Origin: a virus
Taxonomy: Duplodnaviria > Caudoviricetes
Reading direction: 5' to 3' (one strand)
Virus record (IMG/VR): IMGVR_UViG_3300005095_000010
Coordinates: 1 to 57,561 of that record
Length of the DNA stretch: 57,561 nt
Positions 38,001 through 47,305 of this stretch are shown here, piece by piece (within the stretch, counting starts at the first letter, position 1; the number at the start of each line of letters is the position of its first letter). Made by a program: the position numbers and the translations under genes. The notes beneath the pieces were generated by a model. That model saw only the letters and a program-made list of their open reading frames with translations, had not been told where the DNA came from and made no database searches.

Positions 38001-40683
38001 GCAGTTAATGTTAAAGCTTGGTGATAACACCTATAAAGCTTCAGAAGCGGAACTTGCTAGAGCTGCACAACTTGAGTATGCCATTCAGAAGGATGAAGCA
38101 CATATAAAAGTTTTAAGAGAAAAACAGAAACTAATAGAATTACAAGGTAAGGCTACTGTTACTGAAAATAATCTTAAAATTATTGAGCAGAAAATTAAGC
38201 TTGCTGAAGATGACGGTAACATGCAACTGCTCGGCTCGTTAAAAAGACAGAAAGAGCGTTTGGAAGCAGAAAAAATAAACATAACAGTTAAGTTTGGTAT
38301 TGAAAAATCCAGAACTGACTTTAAGCAGGGTGTTACCGCAATACTTGACGAGTACAAAGCAACTGCTGGTGTGCTGCAAAAACTAAAAGATAATGGTGTT
38401 GGTGAGTTGGGATTAAAACAACGCCAAGATGAGTTAAAAGCACTTGAAAAACAATTAAAAGATGTATACAACCTTGACATTAATATGTTTAAAGGTAAAG
38501 ATGTAGAGGCAGAGCTTGAAAAATACCTTAATACACTGCAAGGTAAAATGAATGCACTTGACGCTGAATTAAAAGTTGGTGTTGGGTTGCCAGAAGATTT
38601 ACGCCAAAGACTGCAAGAGAAATTGAATGACCTTAAAAAGGTCTTGGCTGAAAGTGGACTTAAAGCAAATGATATCTTTAGAGAAGTTGACTTTAACAAA
38701 TTTAAAGAGATGGGTCAGTCTATTGTCAATCAAATAAAGGCTGGTATGGATGTAGGTCCACAGGTTGAAGCCCAATTTGCAGAATTTGAAAGACAATTCC
38801 AGCGTATTAAAGATGCTGCTGCTGTTACAGCAATAGAGGTGAGTAAACATTTTGAAAAAGCTGTAGAGGGTATAGCACCAAAAAATGTAGATACCCGTTT
38901 TTATGAGTTAGTTAACCAGATAAAAGAAGCCCAAAAAGCTTTTGCAAATGCTGGTAATGCTAAGGCTGCACAGGTAGCAGTATCACAAATGAAAAATGCA
39001 TTGGCAGAGCTTAAAGAGAAGTATGGTGAAGTTGCCCAAGAAGCAGTAAATAGAGGACAAGAAGTTGTAAATGTCTACAATAAAGAAAACTTAGCAATTC
39101 AAAAAACTACAGGAGAAATTGCAAAACTCGGTAAAGCAATGTATGGGGATAACTCAAAGACTGTAGAGAAAGCTAAAGAACTTTCACAAGAAATGCGTGC
39201 AATTCTTGAAACAAACACTGACTTGAAAATGTCATATTCAGAAATTATGGACAAAATGACTGGTGAGGTTGATTTAGCTTGGCAAATAAAAAATGCCAAC
39301 ATATCAGCACATGAGGCAGACCTTCTAAGAGTAAAAACTAAGCAAGAGTTAGCAAAACTTGAAGCACAACTGATTCAATTACTAAATGCCTATAATGCAG
39401 CTGCATCAGAGACATCAAATTTAGATGAGCAGACGAAAGCCAAGGTGCTTGAAGAGATTGCTGGTATGATGACCAATTTGATTGAAAAATCACAAAATAT
39501 GGTTAAAAACCTTAAAGCAGCTGATGGTAAATATAAGTCACTTCACAAGTCTGGTAGTAAAGCAGCCAATGCAGCCAAAAAACATGCAGAGCAGGTTGAA
39601 AGAGCTGTACGTGCCATCACAAAACTTGAGGCTGATTACAGGTCAAAGATTGGTGATTTTAGCTTATCTGCTAAGTTGGGTATTGAATCAGATATCATGA
39701 AAATAGAAGAGATGGGTAGGAAAGCAGAATACTCCAAACAAAAGATAGAGGAATTGAAAGCCTTATATCTTGAAGGTAAGGAGATGGATGTAGATAGAGG
39801 CATTGTATCTGCTTTAAGTGATGCATCAGGAATACAAGGTCCTATGATGATGCAGAAGTATGAAGATGATAAAAGACGTTTAGAAGAATATTACGAGCAG
39901 AAGAAAGCTATAATCCAGCAAAAAGAGGCTGAGATAGCTCAAATGGAAGCAGCGGGTATGGATGAGGAATCTGTAGAGGATTTAAAACGTCAATTAGATT
40001 TAGAGAAACATAAGCTTTACTTAGAGGAAAAGTGGAGGTTGGACAACCAATACTACATGGACTTAGCAGCCTCTGTAAATGCTGGTCTTACTGATGCGTT
40101 AGGAGTTATGGAGCAACTTTATAGTTCTGGTTTGGTACGCTCAAAAGGATTTTTAAGAGCTATGCAGGCTCTGAAAGTAGCTCAAGCTATTATGACTACT
40201 TATCAAGCAGCTACAAAAGCATACGAATTAGGGTTAGAAACTGGAGGTCCAGCTGGTCCAGCTGTTGGTGCTGCGTATGCCGCTATAGCTATCGCTCAAG
40301 GTATGGCAAAAGTAGCCATGATTAAATCACAGAAATTCCACACTGGTGGTTACGTTGATAAACCATTGTCATCTGGTGTAGGTGGTAAAAAAGATGATGA
40401 AATCAATGCAGTACTACAGAAAGGTGAGTATGTATTATCTAAGCAAGAAGTTGCTCAGATAAAAGCACAAAACCGAAGAAATACTGGACAGCAATTGCCT
40501 AGTGAGAAACAAGAAACAAACACTTCCGATTCAAAATCTATACAGACTAGGGAAATAGCCCTACTTGCTGAAAGTATGAAGCCAGAAGTTGTGATTGTAA
40601 ACTCACAAGACCCAGCCGTTATTGAAGACTGGGCAACTTCACGAAGAGGTCGTGAAGTAATTCAAAACATCGTCAATGGGTAG
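35053..40683 (+). CDS. tape measure protein
   Basis: 1876 aa, helical; TP901-like core (AGVNASTIGTQIR), TNPVGW, FHTGGYV...GEYVL. Confidence 0.92.
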   Translation: MNAEHGKTYIVDVQMALSGTKAMRNKLVNTMSDISKVKKEISDLGIGKIFEDQISNLQNRVSSSFTELNNYITEYQRKLKEIDRAKLGGADVTELELSLDDSAEEMIAKYKEYLSIVADTTIEVERLKQVSKSSIASQEAEILKTITLMEKYGVSIRQADLAYQQAAQKAEVANSAAPLAKYNQELTKRYEQLSKIRELQNTMQSLGLDSSKAAEYRAELARIEDIYADFSKPIKEADVLFKNLKLSPKLIADMEAASKYAKDLGTDLQKAISKSSDPKAIRELLELQKKLEKEQQNLVKGGKEEYSIAKKNISVIDERYKKYKQLNEHADRLLQLTNDEKNLQNGVSDAVGKVIDKLRAAALEQFDLSKSTREHNGILKEALTFESQLNSSLKEKNGLEIKLLNLQTKLNEKLSEINRVMKQKAPYATKKSLEEAKAVAKELEKEIDSVGNKLQEVRGIGAIDGNIDSHAIKVQKAEVEKLNRKYSETSLRIKEVKANLAELSQIKWGGNILKRAVAYASMYAGIYEVISVMRKGVTAVVEYDTQMRTIQAVFDVTGNTAKNLADNMLALGRAWGGSVQDINEAALALGRAGIATEKVTEATEVVIKMAKLTGDSIAVSASAVITYQQVFGDTHPILKEVGDQLAYVANQSRLSTQDIGTFSNYALAAAKSAGLSMEAINAMATSFSNAGVNASTIGTQIRRFSSLMRDNSTAAKEFFLKIGTTQEAFAAQMQRGKKSADEAMTWIANRLKSLSNEEFQKTIQGMDILASNSITLLRNNADEFLRHFQTLNEGVQGEIDKANLISDGYQASFEKMKIAASDAFIAISETAAPVVQGMLDSMAEYFDYIKAHKTEVVAAIDSILNTAKWVAISAIIVKVVNALSLFSSNVGGLLSKILPVTAAVEALSAGFLAAAGAVRAFLATNPVGWAILATGAIAGAAISIYDYATAVDKAAEAQKNYRTVQDDIKAAEKTVSENRKELGQLMLKLGDNTYKASEAELARAAQLEYAIQKDEAHIKVLREKQKLIELQGKATVTENNLKIIEQKIKLAEDDGNMQLLGSLKRQKERLEAEKINITVKFGIEKSRTDFKQGVTAILDEYKATAGVLQKLKDNGVGELGLKQRQDELKALEKQLKDVYNLDINMFKGKDVEAELEKYLNTLQGKMNALDAELKVGVGLPEDLRQRLQEKLNDLKKVLAESGLKANDIFREVDFNKFKEMGQSIVNQIKAGMDVGPQVEAQFAEFERQFQRIKDAAAVTAIEVSKHFEKAVEGIAPKNVDTRFYELVNQIKEAQKAFANAGNAKAAQVAVSQMKNALAELKEKYGEVAQEAVNRGQEVVNVYNKENLAIQKTTGEIAKLGKAMYGDNSKTVEKAKELSQEMRAILETNTDLKMSYSEIMDKMTGEVDLAWQIKNANISAHEADLLRVKTKQELAKLEAQLIQLLNAYNAAASETSNLDEQTKAKVLEEIAGMMTNLIEKSQNMVKNLKAADGKYKSLHKSGSKAANAAKKHAEQVERAVRAITKLEADYRSKIGDFSLSAKLGIESDIMKIEEMGRKAEYSKQKIEELKALYLEGKEMDVDRGIVSALSDASGIQGPMMMQKYEDDKRRLEEYYEQKKAIIQQKEAEIAQMEAAGMDEESVEDLKRQLDLEKHKLYLEEKWRLDNQYYMDLAASVNAGLTDALGVMEQLYSSGLVRSKGFLRAMQALKVAQAIMTTYQAATKAYELGLETGGPAGPAVGAAYAAIAIAQGMAKVAMIKSQKFHTGGYVDKPLSSGVGGKKDDEINAVLQKGEYVLSKQEVAQIKAQNRRNTGQQLPSEKQETNTSDSKSIQTREIALLAESMKPEVVIVNSQDPAVIEDWATSRRGREVIQNIVNG

Positions 40684-40727
40684 CCCCGTTGACGATATAA
40701 TAACAAGATAACAATTAGGAGCATTAT

Positions 40728-42797
40728 ATGGCTTACAGAATAGGTAAAGATGTAACTTACCGACAAATGTATATTGACATTTACAGATTTATGAGAGAGT
40801 TGACAAGTATCTCTGAAATTAATTACGAGTCCTCTAATGGTAATGGTGCGGTATTTGAGCTGTCTGCTCCAGCGGCAACATCAACAACAGAAACATGGAC
40901 TTTACAGTGTGAGGATGATACTTATCCAGCACGTTTCAGTGTTATGGGAAATCTTACAGGCTATACAGCAGATGCTTATGTTGATTCATTATATAATAAT
41001 GGGATTATATCATTTACTCTTAAAGATGGTACAGAGACATGGGTAGTTGGGGATATCATTTCATTTAGTACTAGGTCAGCAGTTTATACAGCTTGGGAGC
41101 CACGTACGATTGCTCCAGAGGGAGCTCCAGAAAAGCCACCTTTGATGGTAACAGCAATTAGACAAAAACAACCCCAATACGGCTCTGAATGGTTAGGGAG
41201 TAGGAGAGGGCTCAGTTATTTGATATCAGGTCCTAAAAATGGTTCGTGGGCAATGCGTCCATATAAAAAATCAAGAAATAGCTCATACTGGAATGATAAT
41301 TATAATACTTCAAGTTATGTTAATTATGTTGCCTACGGTGGACCTATCAATGTACAATCTCTCGGCAACACAGATGCAAATGCACCTTATAATTTTACCT
41401 TTCAAGCTTATGTGAAAAATATTTTTACTGATAGACAACATTATGGTGATGAGTCCACCGGGGAAGTATTTTATTCTGTGGTGGATAATAATGTTAGTGG
41501 CGGTACATTAACAATACAATTTAGAAACCATAGTGTGCGTGTTGGTATAAAGTATAAATATTGTTGTTTAGGGGATGATAGATACACATATTACTCTAGT
41601 TACAGGTGGTATAAGGATTTTGATATTGAGTCTTTCTTAGCATCTACTAACAAAACAGTTGATGATTGGTTTATGGTAACTGTAAAGGTTGATAGAGATA
41701 ATAACCAAATGGAGTTATTTCTTGATAAAACCTCCATAGGTGTGTACTCAAATCAATATATTAATGAGTCAAGACCAGTAATAGGTGGTATTGGGAGTAT
41801 GGGTGATGTAGCTGACCCAGTGATATGGAGGGGATTGTTATCAGAGACGCAAATTCATGATATTTATGATAGCCCTGACGCAGTCAATCCTTGGGCTCCT
41901 GAAGTGTATGATGCCTTTATGTGGGATGAAAAAACTACTTGTCCATTGATTGATATGGAGAATAAAGATAACTTGGGTAATGTGCTGACAGTACAGATGT
42001 ACCCACATGTATACCCATACTTTTCATATAGATATGATTCACTGCATCAAAGTTCCATTATCAGAAATGGGCATAATGACCCTGAGAGACAGCACATGAA
42101 TAGTATGTACTATCATAATGATACACATCAGTGGCACGATAAAGGCACACACGCAGAAGTTTATACTTTGGGTGCTCATCCTACCGATACAATAGTTGAT
42201 AAATATTGGGTTGTTGCAACAAATGAGTATATAGTCTGTGTATTTAAGATTTTTGACCAAAGTACTGTACAACAACTGCCTGTGTATCAAACATTTTATA
42301 TAGGTAGAGGGGACTCATTACAAGACAAGTTATACACCACTGTTATGGGTACTAGAAGTACTGGAAATGATTATTGGTATACAGCCAGTGATTCATTTAA
42401 ATCAGGTATGTACTACCAATGGAATTGTGTATGGTTTGGGCAATGGTTATGGCAGCTACCTACCAGAATAGGTGCCCCCTCTCACAGAGGTACTTACACA
42501 TCAGCAGGCAACTCTTTTAATGTATGGTCAGTCTTTCATGGCAGTAACTATGCAAGTGATGTCCCATCTGGTAGAAGTTCATCAGATAGAATGTATGCTT
42601 GGAATGGTTGGGGGATACATTATGGTAATGGATTATGGGCACCAGAGTTGATGGGAACTTTTTATGGATTATATGGAATACAGGCTTTGGAAACTACACC
42701 AGAGGATTTGGTAATTATTGATGGGATTGAGCACTTAGCTTATACGGATTGTACTCAATCTGGGGAAAATTCTATGATGTTACTAAGATTAGAATAA
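40728..42797 (+). CDS. virion structural protein (tail-associated, LamG-like insert)
   Basis: ETWTLQC...FSVMG...YNNGIISFTL N-terminus; position after the TMP. Confidence 0.6.
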   Translation: MAYRIGKDVTYRQMYIDIYRFMRELTSISEINYESSNGNGAVFELSAPAATSTTETWTLQCEDDTYPARFSVMGNLTGYTADAYVDSLYNNGIISFTLKDGTETWVVGDIISFSTRSAVYTAWEPRTIAPEGAPEKPPLMVTAIRQKQPQYGSEWLGSRRGLSYLISGPKNGSWAMRPYKKSRNSSYWNDNYNTSSYVNYVAYGGPINVQSLGNTDANAPYNFTFQAYVKNIFTDRQHYGDESTGEVFYSVVDNNVSGGTLTIQFRNHSVRVGIKYKYCCLGDDRYTYYSSYRWYKDFDIESFLASTNKTVDDWFMVTVKVDRDNNQMELFLDKTSIGVYSNQYINESRPVIGGIGSMGDVADPVIWRGLLSETQIHDIYDSPDAVNPWAPEVYDAFMWDEKTTCPLIDMENKDNLGNVLTVQMYPHVYPYFSYRYDSLHQSSIIRNGHNDPERQHMNSMYYHNDTHQWHDKGTHAEVYTLGAHPTDTIVDKYWVVATNEYIVCVFKIFDQSTVQQLPVYQTFYIGRGDSLQDKLYTTVMGTRSTGNDYWYTASDSFKSGMYYQWNCVWFGQWLWQLPTRIGAPSHRGTYTSAGNSFNVWSVFHGSNYASDVPSGRSSSDRMYAWNGWGIHYGNGLWAPELMGTFYGLYGIQALETTPEDLVIIDGIEHLAYTDCTQSGENSMMLLRLE

Positions 42798-42806
42798 AGG
42801 AATTTT

Positions 42807-43709
42807 ATGGCTTATACATACCATTACGACAAAACTAAGCTTGGAGATTATAGAAGTCCATTAGACTTTGTGGATACTGTTATCTCAAGCTCTGGTGATT
42901 GGGAGGTAAAGAAAAGAGTACACTCCGCTGCTCCTATCACAGGTACTGATAGATTAGAAGAGTTGTGGGTACAAAGTACTAACACAACATCTGGGCAGAT
43001 ACTTGCAATGCAATTTAAAGCACCTTATGGTGGTGGAATACAAATTGCATATAGTAGGGATACGGACTTAAACCTTCCTTGGGATGAACAACCAGAAGCT
43101 CCAAAAGACTCTGTATCAAGAGAGGGGACAGACGGCTCTTATCATTTTACACAGTTTTGGGGCAGGACTTTATCACCTACTTACACAGCAATAGTGATAA
43201 ATAGAGATTTAATTCATATTGTTTGGCAAGGTGGGCACTATGGTGGTAATGGTCCTTATAGAATTAGCACATTGTACTGTGCTTTAGACAAAACACACAA
43301 CTATTTAGATGGTGTATTATGGATTACATCACACAAAAGTGGTAAGAGTTGGTTTGGTATTCATTATAATGAGCACTGGTACCAAGAAGGTTATGGCACA
43401 ACAGATTCTATAGAAGGTCTACAGGGTAGATTAAATGACTTGGCAAACTCTCCAATGTTTGATAAAAACTATAGAGTTCACGGATTATATGTGTCACCTA
43501 TATCTGTACATTGTAACACAGGTATAGATGGGGCTGACAGTGCTTTGGAGTTAGCTGGATTCCTCCCATCAGGGGTTTATGGAACGAAGTATTATAATTT
43601 CCCAACAATGCTGGTTGAGGAAGAAATAAATAACAAGGTTTATATCTCATTACCATCACCAAATGGTAATTTGCCATATATAAACACAATTTTATATCCA
43701 CTAAGTTAA
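42807..43709 (+). CDS. virion structural protein
   Basis: Position in the tail module. Confidence 0.55.
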   Translation: MAYTYHYDKTKLGDYRSPLDFVDTVISSSGDWEVKKRVHSAAPITGTDRLEELWVQSTNTTSGQILAMQFKAPYGGGIQIAYSRDTDLNLPWDEQPEAPKDSVSREGTDGSYHFTQFWGRTLSPTYTAIVINRDLIHIVWQGGHYGGNGPYRISTLYCALDKTHNYLDGVLWITSHKSGKSWFGIHYNEHWYQEGYGTTDSIEGLQGRLNDLANSPMFDKNYRVHGLYVSPISVHCNTGIDGADSALELAGFLPSGVYGTKYYNFPTMLVEEEINNKVYISLPSPNGNLPYINTILYPLS

Positions 43710-43723
43710 AATAAGGATTATAG

Positions 43724-45178
43724 ATGGGCTTTAAATTAAGACTACGGGGGTACTTAGACGGTAACTCTATTATTGAAACTACCAATGTCACAGAATCTGC
43801 TGTAGTCTCCTTTGAGAAGCATTTATACATCCTTGAAGATTCCAAAGTTTCAGAGACTATAGATATTTGGATAACTCCAATAGAGTTGGCAACTATATTA
43901 AATATAGTTGAAACTTCTGGAATTGTTGACCAGCCTGTAATACATATTGTACACAGAAAAACTGCCGCTGTGCAAACTATTGGGTTTACATACTTCCCAA
44001 CATATCAAATAGCCGAGAATAAAGTAGACTACTCAACAATAACATTTGAAAATGAAATAGTAATGTTTGAGGATAATTTCCTAGTTGCTGAGAGGTGTGC
44101 TAGAAATCCACTTATAACTACTGATTATAAATATATAGAAGATGGGGATGTACCTGTTGAGGTAACCTATGTAGAAGCATTATTAAATCTTCCTACATAC
44201 ACTGATGATGAGACTGTTACACAAAGGTCTGTTGCTTGGTTATCGGTTAGATATAACATGCACCAGATTAACAAAAACCCCGTACCACCTCAAGGTGAAA
44301 TTGGAGCATCCCCAGCAGATAAGTGTATAAAATTTGGAGTAATTACAAGGGATAAAGAGATAGAGTTTACTATCACATCAGGGGAGCCATACGACTTAAA
44401 AGTAACTGAAATGTTAGTTCCAAGTTGGCTTGGTATTGAATTGAGGGGTATTCATATTAACTCAATTCTGCCTGCTGGGGGTACTCTGACATTTACAATC
44501 TATGCCTACTCAAATCTAGGGAGGAATGATGTTAGGGATTTTTTCACTATAAAGTTTGATGAAGTTATTCCAAGATATGAATCTTATCAAAAAGTTAGTG
44601 TTTGTGTTGATATACATAGACGGCAAGCACCAGATATTTTGATGATACCAGATAAAGGAACTTATAAAGAATCAATAGAGTACAAGACTCTGGAATTTAA
44701 AGGATTAAATAACGTCCTGAAAACTAAACCACTAATGCAAAATTGGAAATATTCTTGTAAGTATTCTGTGACTATTCATAGAACCGACTATCATAAGTCC
44801 TTCTTAAATGTTTTGAAGAGTGCTAAAGAGGTGGTATTTCAACATCCATTGTGGTCACAAGTAACATTCTTAGAGGATGATATGGAAAATTCAGTATTCT
44901 GTAAATGTGATACTTCTGGGTGTGATTTTAGAGAAACTGAATGGGCTTTCATATATGTCAGACCCGATGAGTATTATCTTAGACAAATACAGCAGATAGT
45001 TTCTGAAGGATTGATATTTACCAGAAATGTAGTTGCCGATAAAGGAGCGTTTATTATACCAGCCTTTCCAGCAATGGTAAAAGGAAATATTCAGACTTCA
45101 TACTCTGGTGAAAGATATATAAAAGGTACTATAGAAGTTATTGAATTTAGAGAAGGAGAATACTATGTCCCTTACTAA
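43724..45178 (+). CDS. tail protein with C-terminal distal-tail-like domain
   Basis: C-terminal about 170 aa is paralogous to the next gene. Confidence 0.6.
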   Translation: MGFKLRLRGYLDGNSIIETTNVTESAVVSFEKHLYILEDSKVSETIDIWITPIELATILNIVETSGIVDQPVIHIVHRKTAAVQTIGFTYFPTYQIAENKVDYSTITFENEIVMFEDNFLVAERCARNPLITTDYKYIEDGDVPVEVTYVEALLNLPTYTDDETVTQRSVAWLSVRYNMHQINKNPVPPQGEIGASPADKCIKFGVITRDKEIEFTITSGEPYDLKVTEMLVPSWLGIELRGIHINSILPAGGTLTFTIYAYSNLGRNDVRDFFTIKFDEVIPRYESYQKVSVCVDIHRRQAPDILMIPDKGTYKESIEYKTLEFKGLNNVLKTKPLMQNWKYSCKYSVTIHRTDYHKSFLNVLKSAKEVVFQHPLWSQVTFLEDDMENSVFCKCDTSGCDFRETEWAFIYVRPDEYYLRQIQQIVSEGLIFTRNVVADKGAFIIPAFPAMVKGNIQTSYSGERYIKGTIEVIEFREGEYYVPY

Positions 45179-45710
45179 TTTAGATACTTTAACGGTTGAG
45201 CCTGATAAACACACTTATTCTGAGAGTGTGTTTTATAAGACAAAACTATTTATCTCTGTAAATAATGTTACAAACTCCGAAGCTCTTAGACAAGACTACT
45301 TATATAGAGTAAAATATGGAGTAACCATACACAGTACCGACAAACATAAAGGTTATGTAAACATCTTTATGAGAGGTAAAACTAAAACAGTTCTACAACC
45401 ACTTTGGGCGCAATTTGTAAAAATCACAACCACTACTACTGATTCAGATACGATATATGTGGAAGACACAAGGTGGTCGGACTTCCGTGTGGGTAGTGAA
45501 GTATTTTTGTATCAACAATTTGATGAAGCAAATATAGCAACCATATCAGAGGTGGGGCAAAACTATATAAAACTTACAGAGTCAACCACAGTTTATGAGG
45601 GAATGTATGCTATACCATCGTTTCGTGGGTATATTAAGCAGATAGTTAACACAAAATATAGTAATGAGTTGTTTATAAAAGGCGATATACTCATAGAGGA
45701 GTTACAATGA
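45165..45710 (+). CDS. distal-tail-like protein
   Basis: Start moved to ATG 45165 (AAGGAG); paralog of the preceding domain. Confidence 0.55.
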   Translation: MSLTNLDTLTVEPDKHTYSESVFYKTKLFISVNNVTNSEALRQDYLYRVKYGVTIHSTDKHKGYVNIFMRGKTKTVLQPLWAQFVKITTTTTDSDTIYVEDTRWSDFRVGSEVFLYQQFDEANIATISEVGQNYIKLTESTTVYEGMYAIPSFRGYIKQIVNTKYSNELFIKGDILIEELQ

Positions 45711-46330
45711 CATACGAAGGATTTGAAGTATTAGATTGGGTTGAGCCAATAGATACTGTTAATTTAACAATCCAAAATAAGTACAATATTATTGGTGATA
45801 TTTATCAAAAAAGAGAAATGCATATTCAACATGGAAATTACTCTAAGTTACAGTATAAATTCTCCTTTGATAATAGACAAGAGCGTTGGGAGTTTGCCAA
45901 CTTTTTCAAATATTGCAAAGGAAAACACCAAAGATTCTTTATACCATCGTTTAAGAATGACTACAAGTTACTGTACAGGGTTCCCAAAGGGGAATTTGAA
46001 CTTGTCTGTAAGAAAAGCTACGAAGTTGTGGCATTTACAGAACACTTACAGTTTATTTATTTGGAAGGTGAGCCAAGGTTGTATAAAATCTTGGAAGTCA
46101 CAGAAGGGTTTGATGATGTACTTGGTGTACCAATCACAACAATAAGAGTTAATGCATCATTTGAAAGAGATTTAGAACCAGAGTGTACCATACTACAAAA
46201 CTGCTATTTTGGTAGATGGGACACTGATACTCTTACTTATGAGTTAGATGATATTTATAATAGCACTGCCTCTTTACCTTTTAGAGAGGCTTCTAAAGAA
46301 GAAATTGCGGAGACGTTCACATGGGAGTAA
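45707..46330 (+). CDS. distal-tail-like protein
   Basis: FF..CKGK..RFFIPS and GRWDTD motifs. Confidence 0.55.
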   Translation: MTYEGFEVLDWVEPIDTVNLTIQNKYNIIGDIYQKREMHIQHGNYSKLQYKFSFDNRQERWEFANFFKYCKGKHQRFFIPSFKNDYKLLYRVPKGEFELVCKKSYEVVAFTEHLQFIYLEGEPRLYKILEVTEGFDDVLGVPITTIRVNASFERDLEPECTILQNCYFGRWDTDTLTYELDDIYNSTASLPFREASKEEIAETFTWE

Positions 46331-47073
46331 ATTTATATCATGTTAAAGTTGGACCATTAGAGTGGAGGTACACATCAGGTGAATTTGATGTAGTAACAGC
46401 TACAGATACATGGGTTGCAATACCTATGAAAAGGTCTGATTTAACATACGATTTGAAACAAACACAACTAAGTATTACCCTTCCATCAGACACTCCACCA
46501 TTTGATACTTGGAAATACAATATACCAGCGATACCTATTGAGGTAGCTGTTTATGATTACCCCTCAATGGGTATTAAATTTATGGGTAGGGTAAGCCAAA
46601 TATCTTATGATATCCAAAAAGGAACTGCCAAGGTAGGGTTAGGTAGTTCCGATACTATAGTAAATACAACAGCACCTAATAGGACGTTTGGTACACTATG
46701 CTCATTCGAGCTATTTGATGAAGATTGTGGGCTTAATAAAGATGCTTTTAAGGTTGTTGTAGATGCTGATGATATATCAATAAGCTCACCCACAACTATC
46801 AGCCATAGTGCTTTTGCAAACTACCCAACGGGCTCATTCAGAAATGGGTTTGTGTTGCTTGACACTGGTGAGAGTCAGTTTGTTGTAAACCACAACGGTG
46901 ACACAATAAAAATACTAGGACCTTTTGGTACTATAAGTGAAGCCTCAACATTAGAGGTTTATTATGGGTGTAATAAAAGTAAAGAATCATGCGGTATGAA
47001 GTTTGGAAACCTGCCAAATTTTGGTGGCTTTCCTATGATACCTAATGCTAACCCAGTTACGGAAGGATTTTGA
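46321..47073 (+). CDS. tail hub protein, BR0599/DUF2163 family
   Basis: CSFELFDEDCG and GCNKS..SC..KFGNLPNFGGFPMIP motifs. Confidence 0.85.
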   Translation: MGVNLYHVKVGPLEWRYTSGEFDVVTATDTWVAIPMKRSDLTYDLKQTQLSITLPSDTPPFDTWKYNIPAIPIEVAVYDYPSMGIKFMGRVSQISYDIQKGTAKVGLGSSDTIVNTTAPNRTFGTLCSFELFDEDCGLNKDAFKVVVDADDISISSPTTISHSAFANYPTGSFRNGFVLLDTGESQFVVNHNGDTIKILGPFGTISEASTLEVYYGCNKSKESCGMKFGNLPNFGGFPMIPNANPVTEGF

Positions 47074-47074
47074 T

Positions 47075-47296
47075 ATGTTTTTATTTGCGTTTGTAGCAGT
47101 ATTGCTTATTGCAGTTTACTTATTGATGCCTACCCCAAACCAAGATACACCAGCAGCAGCATCAATGAAGGACTTCAACTTCCCAGACAATTCGATAGGG
47201 AAACCTGTCCCAAGATTGTATGGATTTGCTAGACTATTTGGTAACTGTATTTATGTTGGTAAACTGCGGTCTAAGAAAATTGAAAAATGTCAGTAA
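47075..47296 (+). CDS. small tail assembly protein
   Basis: Hydrophobic N-terminus and GKPVPRLYG motif. Confidence 0.7.
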   Translation: MFLFAFVAVLLIAVYLLMPTPNQDTPAAASMKDFNFPDNSIGKPVPRLYGFARLFGNCIYVGKLRSKKIEKCQ

Positions 47297-47305
47297 AGGA
47301 AAAAG

